Positions 50,034-62,300 of a stretch of 64,000 nucleotides of DNA are shown here, piece by piece. How positions within the stretch are numbered: the stretch's first letter is position 1; every line of letters begins with the position of its first letter. Below the pieces are notes generated by a model that did not search any database, was not told where the DNA came from, and worked only from the letters and a program-made list of their open reading frames with translations. The position numbers and the translations under genes are program-made. Source of the stretch: Candidatus Zhuqueibacterota bacterium (GTDB lineage: Bacteria; Zhuqueibacterota; Zhuqueibacteria; Residuimicrobiales; Oceaniaggregativiventaceae); assembly GCA_014728115.1 (NCBI GenBank), contig WJME01000336.1:13563-77562 (forward strand). Reading direction: 5' to 3'.

Positions 50034-52541
50034 TTAAAATTCGACCATAAACGTCCGCACCTGGTGATGGCCGATATCCACGGTGAACCGGTTTTTCGAG
50101 ATCTTGATCTCGGGCTGATCGGCCAGAACCTCTTCGATGTGGTTGGTCTCGACGACACTCTTGGCCGGCGCCGGCAGTATCACCGTCACCCGGTCGTCGC
50201 GGCCCTCGGTTTCGAACAGACGTAAAACCACATTGTGTGGGGACCAGTCACCTTGCTGCACCTTGAGCGCCGAGATGACCACATGATCGCTGTTGCAACC
50301 AAAGAACGAGTGTTCCGACGGCAAAGACCATTCGTTCTTGCGCGCCCAGTTGGGCAACGCACCATCGTGCATGGGCTCTTGTATGGGGATCATGGGCTGG
50401 TTGAGCTCCATGGCCGCCCTGGGTACATCCCCTTCGCGCCAGTCGCCGGCATGGCTATAAAGCGCATAACGGAACGAGTGCACTCCCTCGTCCATGCGCG
50501 GATCCATGTCCCGTGCACCCCGCACAACAGACATGCGCATGACATTGTCGCGGATATCGAATCCGTATTTGCCATCATTCAGCAATGCCACGCCATGCAC
50601 ATCGGTCGAGAGCGCAACCCAGTTCTGAGCCACCCATTCCTGACCATCGGTATCCCGCTGAATATAGCCATAAGGCTGTTCATAGAACGCCTTGCCCTGC
50701 ATGACATTGACCGGGAAAATCACCTTGAGCAAACGGTCGCTGTCATGCCAATCCACATTCATCTCAAAATCAACCTGGGACGAGCCGCTGTTGAGAATCA
50801 TGCGACGGTTGAAATAAGACTGCTCGCTCTTGTCGCCCCATTCTACGACCACTCTCAGCGGAGTCCGCTCTACAATCCTCGCCTCGCCCACCTGACGTAA
50901 AGGGATGGTAAGGTGAGTCAATGAGAGATCCCAGGACGAGCTGGAGGATTCCTGAATCAGCTGCAGCACATTCCCCGTACCGCTCAGTAGTTCTCTTTGC
51001 AATCGCTTGTCATAAATCGAGGTCACACCGGTGTTGTCATACCGCACCACCAGGTATTCATTCTGCACCATATCCGTACCGACTTTGATCTCCAACTCGG
51101 CGGGATTCTTTTCTTCATTGTACACGCGATACAATTTATACCCCATGGCAGGCACGTCCTTTGCATACAGGGAGACATATGCGACGAGTCCGTCTTGAGA
51201 CCATCCCCTGACATAAAACAGCGAGCGATTGCCCTGCTCATCATTGATGTTAATGTCGTCCGGTGCAGTCGGAAAGCGGATTTCTGCATCCACCACATGA
51301 CTGCGAGACCATGACAACGGATTATAAATCACCAGCGGTATGCCCCGGCCCCGGGTATCGATGCGCGAACCGATGACCTCGAGTCCGAACTGCATGAGCC
51401 GATAGCCTTCCGACTCTATCGCATCATAATCGATCAATGCATCATCCGCAGCGTCGCCGATACAGGTGCCGGGCAGGATATCATGAAACTGGTTGAACAG
51501 GACTTTTTTCCAGACCTGACGAAAATCCACACGCGGGAATAAAGGCTTGCGCTGCAGCATGGATCCGATGGTGGCGAATTTCTCAGCGGCCAACAACAAG
51601 TTCTCACTCTGGCGATTGCGCTTTTTCAGGCGTGCCTGGGAGGTATAAGATCCGCGCCATTTAGTGGGTTCCACCTCGCCGTCCTCGCCGGTGCCGATAC
51701 CGATCTCACCGCGGTGCACCGGCCACGACTGCTCCGATTCCAACAAACCGTTCAGAAACCCCTCGGGCGTGCTATAATATACGTCCGGGAAATCGCTCTC
51801 TCGCTGCAACCGCCGGATATTCTCTACATCCCCCATACGCGGCCCACCGCCATGATCACCTTCTCCATAAAGCAACATGGCGCGATCGATATCAGCGACC
51901 ATGAACCACTCTTTGAGCTTGAGCATGATATCAGGGGTGGGTTTGATGTTATAGTGAATGGGAACATTATACGCGAGGATACGCGAGCCGTCCGGACTCT
52001 CCCACCAAAAAACACGCTTGTCTTGCGGAGCTCCGCGGCTGAACACATAGGTTTTCATACCGCAGCCGCTATAGATCATGGGCAGAGTCAGGGCCTGACC
52101 GCAAAAGCTATCCGGTACCCAGGCGACATCGATGGAATCGACGTCCAGTTCAGTAGAAGCATACTCTTTACCGATGAGAAACTGACGGATCAGGCTTTCA
52201 CCACCGGGAAGAATGGCATCCGGCTCGACCCATTGGCCGCCCACCACAGACCATTTCCCTTCTTTGATTTTCTCTTTGACAGCCTTAAACAGATCGGGAT
52301 AATAGATCTGCATGGTTTCATAAAGCACCATCTGGCTCTGGGCAAACGTCATATCCGGTTCTGCCTGCATGGTTTTCAGGACTCCCCAGAACGTATCCGG
52401 CACCACCCGGTCCACCGTTTCGTTCCAACGCCAGCGATAGGCCATATCGATATGCGCATTCCCCACCAAATACAGTGCAGTGGGATCCACCTGAGCAAAG
52501 GACACCACGGTCCATAACAACAACCAAGACAGACGCTTCAT
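50034..52541 (-). CDS. GH38 alpha-mannosidase
   Basis: GNAHIDMAYRW, GGQWVEPD, GESLIRQ, WVPDSF, GDHGGG, NQFHDILPG. Confidence 0.93.
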   Translation of the reverse strand: MKRLSWLLLWTVVSFAQVDPTALYLVGNAHIDMAYRWRWNETVDRVVPDTFWGVLKTMQAEPDMTFAQSQMVLYETMQIYYPDLFKAVKEKIKEGKWSVVGGQWVEPDAILPGGESLIRQFLIGKEYASTELDVDSIDVAWVPDSFCGQALTLPMIYSGCGMKTYVFSRGAPQDKRVFWWESPDGSRILAYNVPIHYNIKPTPDIMLKLKEWFMVADIDRAMLLYGEGDHGGGPRMGDVENIRRLQRESDFPDVYYSTPEGFLNGLLESEQSWPVHRGEIGIGTGEDGEVEPTKWRGSYTSQARLKKRNRQSENLLLAAEKFATIGSMLQRKPLFPRVDFRQVWKKVLFNQFHDILPGTCIGDAADDALIDYDAIESEGYRLMQFGLEVIGSRIDTRGRGIPLVIYNPLSWSRSHVVDAEIRFPTAPDDININDEQGNRSLFYVRGWSQDGLVAYVSLYAKDVPAMGYKLYRVYNEEKNPAELEIKVGTDMVQNEYLVVRYDNTGVTSIYDKRLQRELLSGTGNVLQLIQESSSSSWDLSLTHLTIPLRQVGEARIVERTPLRVVVEWGDKSEQSYFNRRMILNSGSSQVDFEMNVDWHDSDRLLKVIFPVNVMQGKAFYEQPYGYIQRDTDGQEWVAQNWVALSTDVHGVALLNDGKYGFDIRDNVMRMSVVRGARDMDPRMDEGVHSFRYALYSHAGDWREGDVPRAAMELNQPMIPIQEPMHDGALPNWARKNEWSLPSEHSFFGCNSDHVVISALKVQQGDWSPHNVVLRLFETEGRDDRVTVILPAPAKSVVETNHIEEVLADQPEIKISKNRFTVDIGHHQVRTFMVEF

Positions 52542-52559
52542 GACTCTCTCCCAAGTGTC

Positions 52560-53978
52560 TTAGGGTTCGTCGATCACCCGCACGTTAAAGTCCCAGTCCC
52601 ACTGATCGAAATAGAGGTTTCCACCGGCCCATTCCACCTCGCCGCGCTGAAAATCGATGGTCTCCGAACGGGGATGGATTTTGGCAGGATAAAACCTTAC
52701 CGAAAAGTCGTCATTGACGATCCATCGCCAGGCATCCATGCCCCCTAAAAAGAACCACTTTATTTGCGGATCGTCGACCGGCTGTTTTTCATAGGTCACA
52801 TCCATGGGCAACCAGCCATACGGTTCCAGATAAAACTCGCCCCAGTCGTGCATGGTCCAGTCACTGGGTTCGACCCACCAACCGGATTGCCAGCGCGCCG
52901 GGATGCCGTTCATGCGCATCAGGGTGATGAGAAAAAGGGTCTGCATGCCACAATCCGCATGGCGGTTTTCCAGGATATAATCACAGACAGAGGTAAACGT
53001 AGAATATTCTCTTGCTGAAGCCCAGGGAATATTATCGCTGATCCAGCCGAATAACTGCTGGGCGATCCTGTAAGGATGGGTTTCGTCGCCGACGATATCC
53101 CGGGACAATGCCCGCATTTCCGGAGAAAACACGATATGAGGCGGACGCTCTTGCAAATAGGGCTTGACCGAATCAGGCAACTGTGTGGATACGCGATCCG
53201 CATCGATAGCCTGAAAATAGGCATAATGCGTCATTTCAAAACTCACGTTGAACGTCATGGCCGAATCCTCTCTGGCGATTTGCTCAAAATAGATCGAGCG
53301 GTGAAAATCCCGCTGATCCGGAGAAAGCAGATATTCGGCAGGTGCTGTATCCACGATATGGATATCTGTCTGGCGATCGGGTACAGATTTGGGAAACGGC
53401 AACCAGGCCCTTACCACCTGCCCATCGGGAACCGTATTGGCAGGAACGGTGATACGATAATCGATGCGCACACGCGCCGGTTGGGTATAGGGTGAATCCT
53501 GTGCATTCCGGACAATAGATCGCAAATCCGCCAGACGGTTGTATTCCGGTTCCACCTGTGGGCCATCGACCTGCTTTTTCAACTCGCGCAACTCTGGCAC
53601 GATGCGAAACAGGTTGCGTGCCGCAGCATGAAAGTAGCGCTTTTGACCGTCGATAACCCGGACCTCCAGGGCATTGGATTCTTCCCATTTTAACAGATCA
53701 TCGACTTCCACATCCGATATATAGCGGGAAATATAGGCGATCATGTCAGATCGGTCTTTGTTAAAATCCTTGCGAATCCGTTCCAGCCGTTCGATTTCGA
53801 AAATCATTTTTTGCCGCAGCATGGCATCCATCTCGGGCTTTATCGCCATCAGCTGCCGCATATCGTTTTGTGCCTGTGTAAATTCACCCCGTTCGACAAG
53901 ATCCCGAATCGATTCGGGCAAGGTTTGTCCTGTGACAATCGTGGTCATAAGCAAGAGTCCAAAGATGAGTTTATTCAT
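52560..53978 (-). CDS. Secreted transglutaminase-like domain protein
   Basis: ADCG (Cys), GIPAR, HDWGEFY, WLPMD triad; start MNKLIF overlaps the upstream stop (ATGA). Confidence 0.85.
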   Translation of the reverse strand: MNKLIFGLLLMTTIVTGQTLPESIRDLVERGEFTQAQNDMRQLMAIKPEMDAMLRQKMIFEIERLERIRKDFNKDRSDMIAYISRYISDVEVDDLLKWEESNALEVRVIDGQKRYFHAAARNLFRIVPELRELKKQVDGPQVEPEYNRLADLRSIVRNAQDSPYTQPARVRIDYRITVPANTVPDGQVVRAWLPFPKSVPDRQTDIHIVDTAPAEYLLSPDQRDFHRSIYFEQIAREDSAMTFNVSFEMTHYAYFQAIDADRVSTQLPDSVKPYLQERPPHIVFSPEMRALSRDIVGDETHPYRIAQQLFGWISDNIPWASAREYSTFTSVCDYILENRHADCGMQTLFLITLMRMNGIPARWQSGWWVEPSDWTMHDWGEFYLEPYGWLPMDVTYEKQPVDDPQIKWFFLGGMDAWRWIVNDDFSVRFYPAKIHPRSETIDFQRGEVEWAGGNLYFDQWDWDFNVRVIDEP

Positions 53979-54301
53979 ACGCTCCTCGAGAGTTTCTTTT
54001 GGGTATAGAACGCCAATCCCCAAATACCAGCCCACAGGACCGCCAGTACAAAGCGGCCACCCCAGATCAGGGCTGCGACATTAACGGCATATAAAACATG
54101 GAAAAACCATTCCGGCGCCTGTTGCTGCGTTCGCTTTAATTTTGTGGTTTTTGCTCCGCTCATCGCCGCGATACGGGCGATCAGCATGACAATGGTATAA
54201 ATCATTAAAAGCAAAAACATCAAGTTTTGTTTCACCAAAACCGAGACCAGAATATAAAGCGTCACCGCCACATCCCACACCACATATTTGAACCATTTCA
54301 T
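53975..54301 (-). CDS. Small hypothetical membrane protein
   Basis: 3-4 hydrophobic segments, gaggtg RBS, translationally coupled to the next gene. Confidence 0.65.
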   Translation of the reverse strand: MKWFKYVVWDVAVTLYILVSVLVKQNLMFLLLMIYTIVMLIARIAAMSGAKTTKLKRTQQQAPEWFFHVLYAVNVAALIWGGRFVLAVLWAGIWGLAFYTQKKLSRSV

Positions 54302-54379
54302 AATCACCTCTCCCCTTTTCCCGTTGAGCCACGTTTTTCCAATCTAAAATCTCTAGTCACCCTCTGATTTATCCAGTCC

Positions 54380-56545
54380 TCACTTTTCACACCGAATCCA
54401 CCGCCCGTCATAGGCAGGCACCACGAGCATTTCTTGCATGGACCACTCTATACCGGTGACCGCGTCTATGGCGGAAGAGTAATTAAAATCCTCCACATTC
54501 AGTTGCACCGGGCGTTCCGGACCATCATTGATGATAAAATAGTGATCCGCTTCCGGAGCAGCCAGGCGATATACAATGGCGCCGTTACAGGTAAACCGGG
54601 GACGGTGCGTGCCAAGCGTGTACCTCAGCAGCATTTCTTCGGCAAGAGTATTCCCGGGTTTGAAACAACTCCTGGAGGCCTCATAGCCCAGCAACACAGC
54701 AGAGCCCTCTCCCACGAATGCTTCAGTGATCGCAGGACGCCCATTGTCATAAGCGGCAAGGACACTGCTATGGGTGGGATCGAGATCCACGACAAATCCC
54801 TGCAAATCCATCCCATCGAGCCGGACAGGACGATTGATGCCGGCGCCCTGATACTCGTTGATAATGGTGCCAAACGTTTTTTCAAACAATGAGCCCTCGT
54901 CTGTGGACAACAATGCGCCGAATTCATCATAATAGGCCGAGGGCATATCCATCACCAGACGACCGCCCTGTTCGACATAATCGACCAGAACAGGCATAAT
55001 GTCGGAAGGAAGCGAAATGACAAAGGGCATATAAATAATACGATATCGCTGGGCCAGGCCTTTGCGCAAGTCACGATCAGTGACATATTCATATGGAATA
55101 TTGCCATTGATCAAGGCCCGGCTAATCCCCACACGCGCATCGATGGGATCCTGTCTGAGATGCTCCCGGCCCTGGATAGACATGGCTGCCCAGATCGCTT
55201 CGTTATCCCAATCCTGATACACACCGACCAACGGTTCTTTATGGGACTGCCACAGCTCATCGCGATAATGCTGCGCTGCTTGTCCGATTTTTCCTACGCG
55301 GATGGCTCTTGGGGTGACCTTGTTATGGCGGTCGAGCAGACTGTATTCGCCGGCTTCCCAGCCTGCCGAGCGGGAGCTCCAGGCCCACATGCCAAAGCCT
55401 TTGTATCCGGCAGCCAGAAAACTGAGCATGAGCTGGGTCATGGTTCCTTCATCCACCATAAAGGTATTGCCGCCTTTGCCACCGCTGAACTGCTGGGGCC
55501 CTCCGGTGGATTCCCAGGTGGCAGACCAGCCGCCCTTGAAATAATCATGGGTCAGGGCAGCCTGCATATAGATCGGACGTGTAATCTCGTGATCCACCTC
55601 ATCGAAATGCCAGGCCAGATGAATGGACGGATAGAATGACCCCACATCGGTCATGAGTTCGGCAATGCCTTCCATATCGACGCCCCTGTAACTAAACGGC
55701 AGAAACATGCCCATCTCGCCACCGGCGCGAAAGGGTTGTTCGGTATCGAATTCCATATGCTGTTGGATGCGGGTTTTGATCAGCGTTTCACGGTTATCTG
55801 CCTTGAACCGAAAAATATCGCGCAGATGACGGTATTCTTTATTGTTCAGCTGTTGCCATCGTTCCTCAAAGTCAGGCCAGGATTGAAAAGGCTCTCCCTC
55901 TCTGGGCGCGAGTCCGAAATGGTGCTGGTTATAGACAAGATTGAGGCGATCAATGGTGCCATACTGATCTTTAACCCATTGTACAAACAAAGTCTTGCCT
56001 TCCTCGGTGAGACCGGGACCGACACCCCCTACCTCGGGTACTCTACCGCGGAAGCGAGTCGACCGCCCTTGTTTGTGCCATGCGATGGCTTTTTGTAGCC
56101 GCTTTTTCAAAACCTCGTTCTGGTATTCGAGCATGCGCGGATCCTCACGAATCTCTTTTATATCTCGAGATTCGATACCGAGTTTATCCAGCAGTTCATC
56201 GGTGATAGCCTCCCAGCCACCCTGCCCATACCACCACGGGATAATGCCTTCATCCAAAGCAATGAGCCCGATTTGTTCACGGGTCCATCCGGGACAATTC
56301 ATGATCTGTTTGAGTGCGGTATACCCCAGCTCTCGCATGGTGCGAAAATGTTCGCGCATTTCTACTTCGCCCTCGCCCGGACGTTGAATATAAACACTGG
56401 CGACGGGAATAGGCGCGATCTTTTGGAATTTTTGCTGTGTTGGCGAGTCGTGCAGCGCGTCATAGACTTTTATGAGATAGGGATCAGAATGATCGACAGC
56501 GTATACAAAAGAAATTAAAAACAAACACCATATCATTACGCGCAT
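54380..56545 (-). CDS. GH42-like glycoside hydrolase with beta-galactosidase trimerisation domain
   Basis: FVQWVKDQYGTIDRLN, WESTGG, AGWEAGEYSLLD, YVEQGGRLV; signal peptide. Confidence 0.75.
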   Translation of the reverse strand: MRVMIWCLFLISFVYAVDHSDPYLIKVYDALHDSPTQQKFQKIAPIPVASVYIQRPGEGEVEMREHFRTMRELGYTALKQIMNCPGWTREQIGLIALDEGIIPWWYGQGGWEAITDELLDKLGIESRDIKEIREDPRMLEYQNEVLKKRLQKAIAWHKQGRSTRFRGRVPEVGGVGPGLTEEGKTLFVQWVKDQYGTIDRLNLVYNQHHFGLAPREGEPFQSWPDFEERWQQLNNKEYRHLRDIFRFKADNRETLIKTRIQQHMEFDTEQPFRAGGEMGMFLPFSYRGVDMEGIAELMTDVGSFYPSIHLAWHFDEVDHEITRPIYMQAALTHDYFKGGWSATWESTGGPQQFSGGKGGNTFMVDEGTMTQLMLSFLAAGYKGFGMWAWSSRSAGWEAGEYSLLDRHNKVTPRAIRVGKIGQAAQHYRDELWQSHKEPLVGVYQDWDNEAIWAAMSIQGREHLRQDPIDARVGISRALINGNIPYEYVTDRDLRKGLAQRYRIIYMPFVISLPSDIMPVLVDYVEQGGRLVMDMPSAYYDEFGALLSTDEGSLFEKTFGTIINEYQGAGINRPVRLDGMDLQGFVVDLDPTHSSVLAAYDNGRPAITEAFVGEGSAVLLGYEASRSCFKPGNTLAEEMLLRYTLGTHRPRFTCNGAIVYRLAAPEADHYFIINDGPERPVQLNVEDFNYSSAIDAVTGIEWSMQEMLVVPAYDGRWIRCEK

Positions 56546-57108
56546 TGGTTTGAGCTCCTCTCTGCCCGTTTGAAAAGTTCTTATCAAATAGAAAATAGCG
56601 GATACATAGAATCATCAAGAAATAGGCGAAATTAATATAGTAAACTGTGATTTTAAACACAAGTGATCTTGCTTTTTTTGACATTATTACCTATATTTAA
56701 AATGCCCGCACCATTTTGTTCAGCAATCTTGCCTGCAACCTTTCGAGTCCATAGGATTTAATTCTCATGCCCATTCGCACTGAAACCCGTATCAAAGAGG
56801 AGCCATGATGCTCTGGCGGCTGCTTTCCGGTGCATTTATGATACATTTTGATGTTCACCGATTTCACTCTTGGAGAATTCTTGTGCTCATTATCAGTCTG
56901 CGTGACCCACAAAGATAGCAGAAAATCATGGATCGAAAAATCGTTCGATCCGGAATCTGTAAGATAATGAGGGGTAAAGATTTGAAAATGTTGAAATTTT
57001 TATGTGTTCGATTCGGCATTTTGATCACTTTGTCGTATAAATAGATGGGCACCCTGTATAGAATCAGGGATCAATAACATGACAGGCAAATTGTTTCCGG
57101 GGAAGAAC

Positions 57109-58953
57109 ATGAATTATACAAAAGTCATTGCGGCTTTGTTTTTATTACTTTTTGGCCTGGTTTCTCATCCCTATTCCAAAGACAAAACGAAAATAACAGA
57201 CACGCCTCCGACCTTGAATAAAGATGGTAGCTGGTCCAACATGGAATTGAATCTCGACCTATCAGGCTGGCGTATGATCACCGATGAAACCGGACACCCT
57301 AAACTCCTTCCACCCCAATCTTTATCATCCGATCACGATCAGACTCTGGCAACAAACTGGAGTCAGGTCTTTGTTGGCAATGGCCTCAACGGCAAGATCA
57401 GGTCTCTTGTCAGCCTTGGGGCAAATGTCTATGCAGGCGGATATTTTTCTGATGCAGGAGGTGTCTCCGTCAACAGAATCGCTCGCTGGAATGGCAATAA
57501 CTGGCTGGCGATGGGCAGCGGCGTCAATAGCACGGTCATGGCCCTGGCAACAGATGGAACGAATATCTATGCCGGTGGATTCTTTACCCAGGCTGGCGGC
57601 AAAGACATCAACTATGTCGCCAAATGGGATGGCAGTGAATGGCATGCCCTGGGTATAGGTGAAAACAATGGCACAGATGCAGCGGTTTATGCGCTCGCCT
57701 GGATCGATGGAGCCTTGTATGCCGGAGGTGACTTTGCCAATGCAGGCGGTGTTTATGCACCTTACCTGGCCAAATGGAATGGCAGCAATTGGAGCAATGT
57801 CGGAACGAGTCTGGGCAATACCGTCTATGCCATCACCGGACTGGATGGCGATATTTATGCCGGAGGCTATTTTACCAACCATTTTGCAAAATGGGACGGA
57901 GCATCCTGGACTTATCCCGGTTCCGGCACGGATAACCTGGTCAAGGCATTGGCGGTTCAGGACAATGATATTATCGTCGCAGGACAATTTTTAAATGCTG
58001 GTTCCACACCAGCGAACTATATCGCCCGGTGGGATGGGTCTGCCTGGTCAGCGCTTGGCAGCGGCACCAATGGAATCATAGAAGCACTGGCAGTGGACGG
58101 ATCCACAGTTTATGCCGGCGGTTTGTTTACGCAAGCCGGTGGCAACCCGGCCAACTATGTCGCAAAGTGGGATGGAACGAGTTGGTCTGGTCTCGACTCG
58201 GGGACCAACTCGTTCATCCGCGATATGGTACTGTCCTTTACAAATCTCTACGTGGGGGGAGATTTTACCACAGCAGGCGGCTATACGTCTGAGTATATCG
58301 GACTCTGGGGGCAGGCTGCATCCACGGTCCAAATAAAGGCCTTACTGGAGGGGGCCTTTCGCGGATCACAGATGACAACCGGACTCGGCTCGTGGATACC
58401 CGACACCTCGCCTTATAGTCAAGACCCGCGTACCGTCACGTCCCTGCCTGCTTCTTGTGTAGATTGGATACTCTTGCAATTGCGGGAATCAGATGGCACC
58501 ACTGTCGCTCAAAACCGCAGTCTGTTTCTGCGTACAGACGGCGTCATTATTGATGAAAATGGCAACTCTGCTCATGCGTTTCCAGGTCTCCCGGATGGTG
58601 ACTATTATGTGGTGGTTTACCATCGCAACCATCTGGCCGCGATGAGTGCCTCTACTGTCTCGATCACAGGAACCACCTCTGTGGGTTGGGATTTTACTAC
58701 CGCCGGCACTCAATATTACGGAACCCAGGGTGGTAAAGAACTGGTCACAGGCACCTGGGGATTGTGGTGTGGCGATTCCGACCGCGATCAAACGGTGGAC
58801 CTGGATGACTATACCCAGTGGCGAACCGAAGCGCTGGTCAACGGCTTTGGCTATTCACCCTATGACCTCAATTTCGATACACGCATCACGACATTGGACT
58901 ATGTTTATTGGATGAATAATTATAGGATAGGAGCCACCTCTCAAGTTCCCTGA
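57109..58953 (+). CDS. Secreted beta-propeller repeat protein with dockerin-like C-terminal module
   Basis: About six YAGGxFTxAGG...A(K/R)WDGxxW repeats; C-terminal LLEG...HRNHL...GDSDRD...DLNFD. Confidence 0.8.
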   Translation: MNYTKVIAALFLLLFGLVSHPYSKDKTKITDTPPTLNKDGSWSNMELNLDLSGWRMITDETGHPKLLPPQSLSSDHDQTLATNWSQVFVGNGLNGKIRSLVSLGANVYAGGYFSDAGGVSVNRIARWNGNNWLAMGSGVNSTVMALATDGTNIYAGGFFTQAGGKDINYVAKWDGSEWHALGIGENNGTDAAVYALAWIDGALYAGGDFANAGGVYAPYLAKWNGSNWSNVGTSLGNTVYAITGLDGDIYAGGYFTNHFAKWDGASWTYPGSGTDNLVKALAVQDNDIIVAGQFLNAGSTPANYIARWDGSAWSALGSGTNGIIEALAVDGSTVYAGGLFTQAGGNPANYVAKWDGTSWSGLDSGTNSFIRDMVLSFTNLYVGGDFTTAGGYTSEYIGLWGQAASTVQIKALLEGAFRGSQMTTGLGSWIPDTSPYSQDPRTVTSLPASCVDWILLQLRESDGTTVAQNRSLFLRTDGVIIDENGNSAHAFPGLPDGDYYVVVYHRNHLAAMSASTVSITGTTSVGWDFTTAGTQYYGTQGGKELVTGTWGLWCGDSDRDQTVDLDDYTQWRTEALVNGFGYSPYDLNFDTRITTLDYVYWMNNYRIGATSQVP

Positions 58954-59338
58954 TTCTTTGTAAACCCATTTTTCCTGATTTCAGGAATACAAACTGTGCG
59001 CCGATAAAGCTTTGGCACATCATATAACGATCAGTCTCTGCAATGAAACTGCATTCTGCTTGCACTATTTCCAATTTCTGGGAATTTGTGATTCATGACA
59101 ATAAATATTTTAGTAAATTTATCATTATTACACTATTGTCCAAAATATGCAATAGTAACATCTTTCTCCTTGGAAAACCAGAGATTGCGATGACAATAAA
59201 AAAAACATAGAATAGGATAATTGTCAACCGATCATGCAAGACCTTTCTTCGCACCTCTTTTCTGCGTTGATCTTTGTCTATTTTGAAAAAACAGTATCAT
59301 TCGTTTAAAGTATTGTGCCCATCCCGAAAGGATATTTT

Positions 59339-62300
59339 GTGAAAATTAAAAGTATGCTTGTAATTCTTGTTGTTTTTTTTATTTGTTTCGCACCTCTGCA
59401 TAGCGCACGATCACAAAAACCGTCGGATGTAAACCTTGAAAAATTGGATGGCCGTTTCCGACAGTTGCTGCAAAAAGCAAAGGGCTGGGATATTCGAGGA
59501 CTGGCCCCCATGGATAAACAGTTGAAAAAAGTCAAAGATGGCAAAGAGGTCTATGGAGCGATTATCTATGCTCAGGATATTAAAGCGTTGCGCAGGGGAG
59601 GGATCGATGTGCAAAGCGAACAACAAACCTTTGCCACAGCTCTGGTCGATGACAATGACCTCATAAAACTGGCCCGTATGGATGGGGTGACCTGGGTCGA
59701 TGCCGGCGCCCTCGATACCTTGCACAATGATGTCGCCCGGATCGCTTCGGGCGTGGATCTCGCCAATAACGGATTTTTTAATAACACCGAATACAAGGGT
59801 CAGGATGTGCTGATCTGCATCGTGGATACCGGAATCGACTGGGAGCATCTGGACTTTCGTGATCCCACGGATCCCACACAGTCGAGAATTCTGGCTATCT
59901 GGGATCAGACCATTTCGCCCCAGGGAAGTGAAAGCAACCCAGCTGATTTTACCTACGGCGTCGAGTATACGCAAGCCCAGATCAATGATGAGCTGGATGG
60001 CTCACCCGCCGGATTCGTGCGCAGCCAGGATACCCACGGTCATGGAACCCACGTCGCAGGTACGGCAGCAGGCAATGGCGCCGCCTCGGTCGACGGTTCA
60101 AAATTCGCCGGAATGGCGCCAAAAGCAGACATCCTGGTGGTCAAGGCGGGCAATGGCAGTTTTCCCACAACGAATATTATCGATGCATTGACCTGGGCAG
60201 ACGATAAAGCCGACGATCTGGGAATGCCACTGATCGTCAATATGAGCCTGGGAAGCAATTCAGGGCCTCACGATGGCACCGATTCCAAAAGCCAGGCTAT
60301 CGATGATTTAGTTCAGCCGGGACGTTGTGTGGTCGTATCTGCAGGAAATGACGGTGACGATAATATCCATGTGAGTGATCAGATCAACGGCAGTCAATAC
60401 GATGACATTACGGTCTCTGTTCCCTCATATACGGCAATGGCAGGAAGCAATAATGATATTCTTATCATGGAATTCTGGTTTGATAGCAATCTGGATATCA
60501 GTGCAACAGTGACCTCACCCAATGGCTATTCGCTAACGGTTGGGCCCGGAAATCAAAATGACTCGAATACTGCCGATGGCACAATTTATATCAGCAATTA
60601 TACTTTTAGTGGCAATTTGGATCGATATATCTATGTAAAACTCTATGATCAGATCCAGACAACTCCTCCGCAAACGGGGTCCTGGACCGTCCGCCTTACC
60701 AACCAAACGACCACAACAGCAACCACTTTTCATGGCTGGTTCGCGGATCGCACTATCGGTAATCCCCTTACCCAGGCGTCCCTATCAGGGGCAGACGCTG
60801 CCTATACGCTCGGCAACACTGCCACAGAAGCCATTATCGTAGGTTCGTATGTTTCGCGATGGCGATGGCTTGCCAGCAATGGCTTACACTATTCCGGGGG
60901 TGGAACAGATATTTCTGATGACATTTCGCTCTTTAGCAGTTTTGGTCCGACACGGTATGGCATCCAGGATAAACCCGATATAGCCGCACCTGGTCAGGCT
61001 ATCGTCAGTAGCCGGTCTGCAGACACCAGTCCCAGCCCCGGTTCCCTTGTGGCAAACGATCAACATCTAAAAAGCCAGGGAACCAGTATGGCTGCGCCAG
61101 TGGTGGCCGGAGCCATGGCCCTGCTGCATGAAATCAATCCGACTGTAGATCCTTCCACCCTTTTATCTATTGTAAATCAAAATGCCATCAAAGACAATTA
61201 TACCGGAGCGGTTTGGGGTGAGCAATGGGGAAACGGCAAACTGAATATTGTCGAATGTATCAATGACCTGATCAATCCTCAAAAAAGTATAGCGAGTGAA
61301 ACACTTGTCTATGATGAATGGGGAAGTAACTTTTCTTATATCACACTGCCCACAAGTGATAAACTTGCATTAAAAATCAATCCCACGCTCAGCGGCTTTC
61401 TCTCGGGTATTTGGCTTCATATGGGATGGGACGAAGTGACATCTGACATCAGGATCACTGCGTACAATGAGGCTGCTGGCAAACCTGCTAATCCCATCGG
61501 AGAATCAGTAACGATACCGGCGAGTGGCTTGCTGGCCTATAGCTGGAATTTAGTGAACCTGGCAAACAGCCATGTGGCATTGAAACAAGACTCTACTTAT
61601 TTCGTTGCTGTAGAACCGATCTCAGCCAGCACTTCATTTGGACTCGAGACAGGGACAAGCGATACCCGAACGTCTTATTTTAATGGGTCGGACTGGTACC
61701 TGCAGTCCTGGAACCTGCGTCTCCGGCCGGTTATTGCGCGCGATGGCATCTTGCTGGTGGCCAAACTATTCTTACAAGGCGGATATAATGATGCCAGCGG
61801 TACCATGAATATCAATATCAACACAGATCTTCCCCTGACCTCACCCTATGCTGAGGACCCGAGAACTTTGGCGACTATGCCCCCCGGCATTGTCGATTGG
61901 GTTTTGATCCAGTTGACCGATCCGGCAACGAACAGTGTGGTCGCTTCTCATAGTGCATTGCTGCACAGCAGCGGCTGTATCGTCGCAGACGATGGGGCGA
62001 CCGGCGTGGTCTTTCTCGATGTCGTGCCCGATGACTATCGCATCCTGCTCAAACATCGCAACCATGTGGTCATTGCATCAGCCTCCACTCCAACAATGAA
62101 TGGGTCGAATGACACACTGTTTGATTTTACAGATTCGGCCAATCTCTATGATCAAAACGGAGCCGTCGAGCTGCAAACAAATATATGGGGACTGTGGTGC
62201 GGGGATAGCGACGGATCTGATTTGGTCAACAGTACCGACTATACCGTCTGGTACAATGCCGTGCGAGCCTCGGCCTCGGGGTATGAAGCCGCAGATATCA

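Noticed and set aside
56600-57100. Possible riboswitch in the ~500-bp divergent intergenic region
   Set aside because: Only a short hairpin (ggatcgaa...ttcgatcc near 56930) is visible; I recognised no riboswitch consensus. An Rfam scan would settle it.
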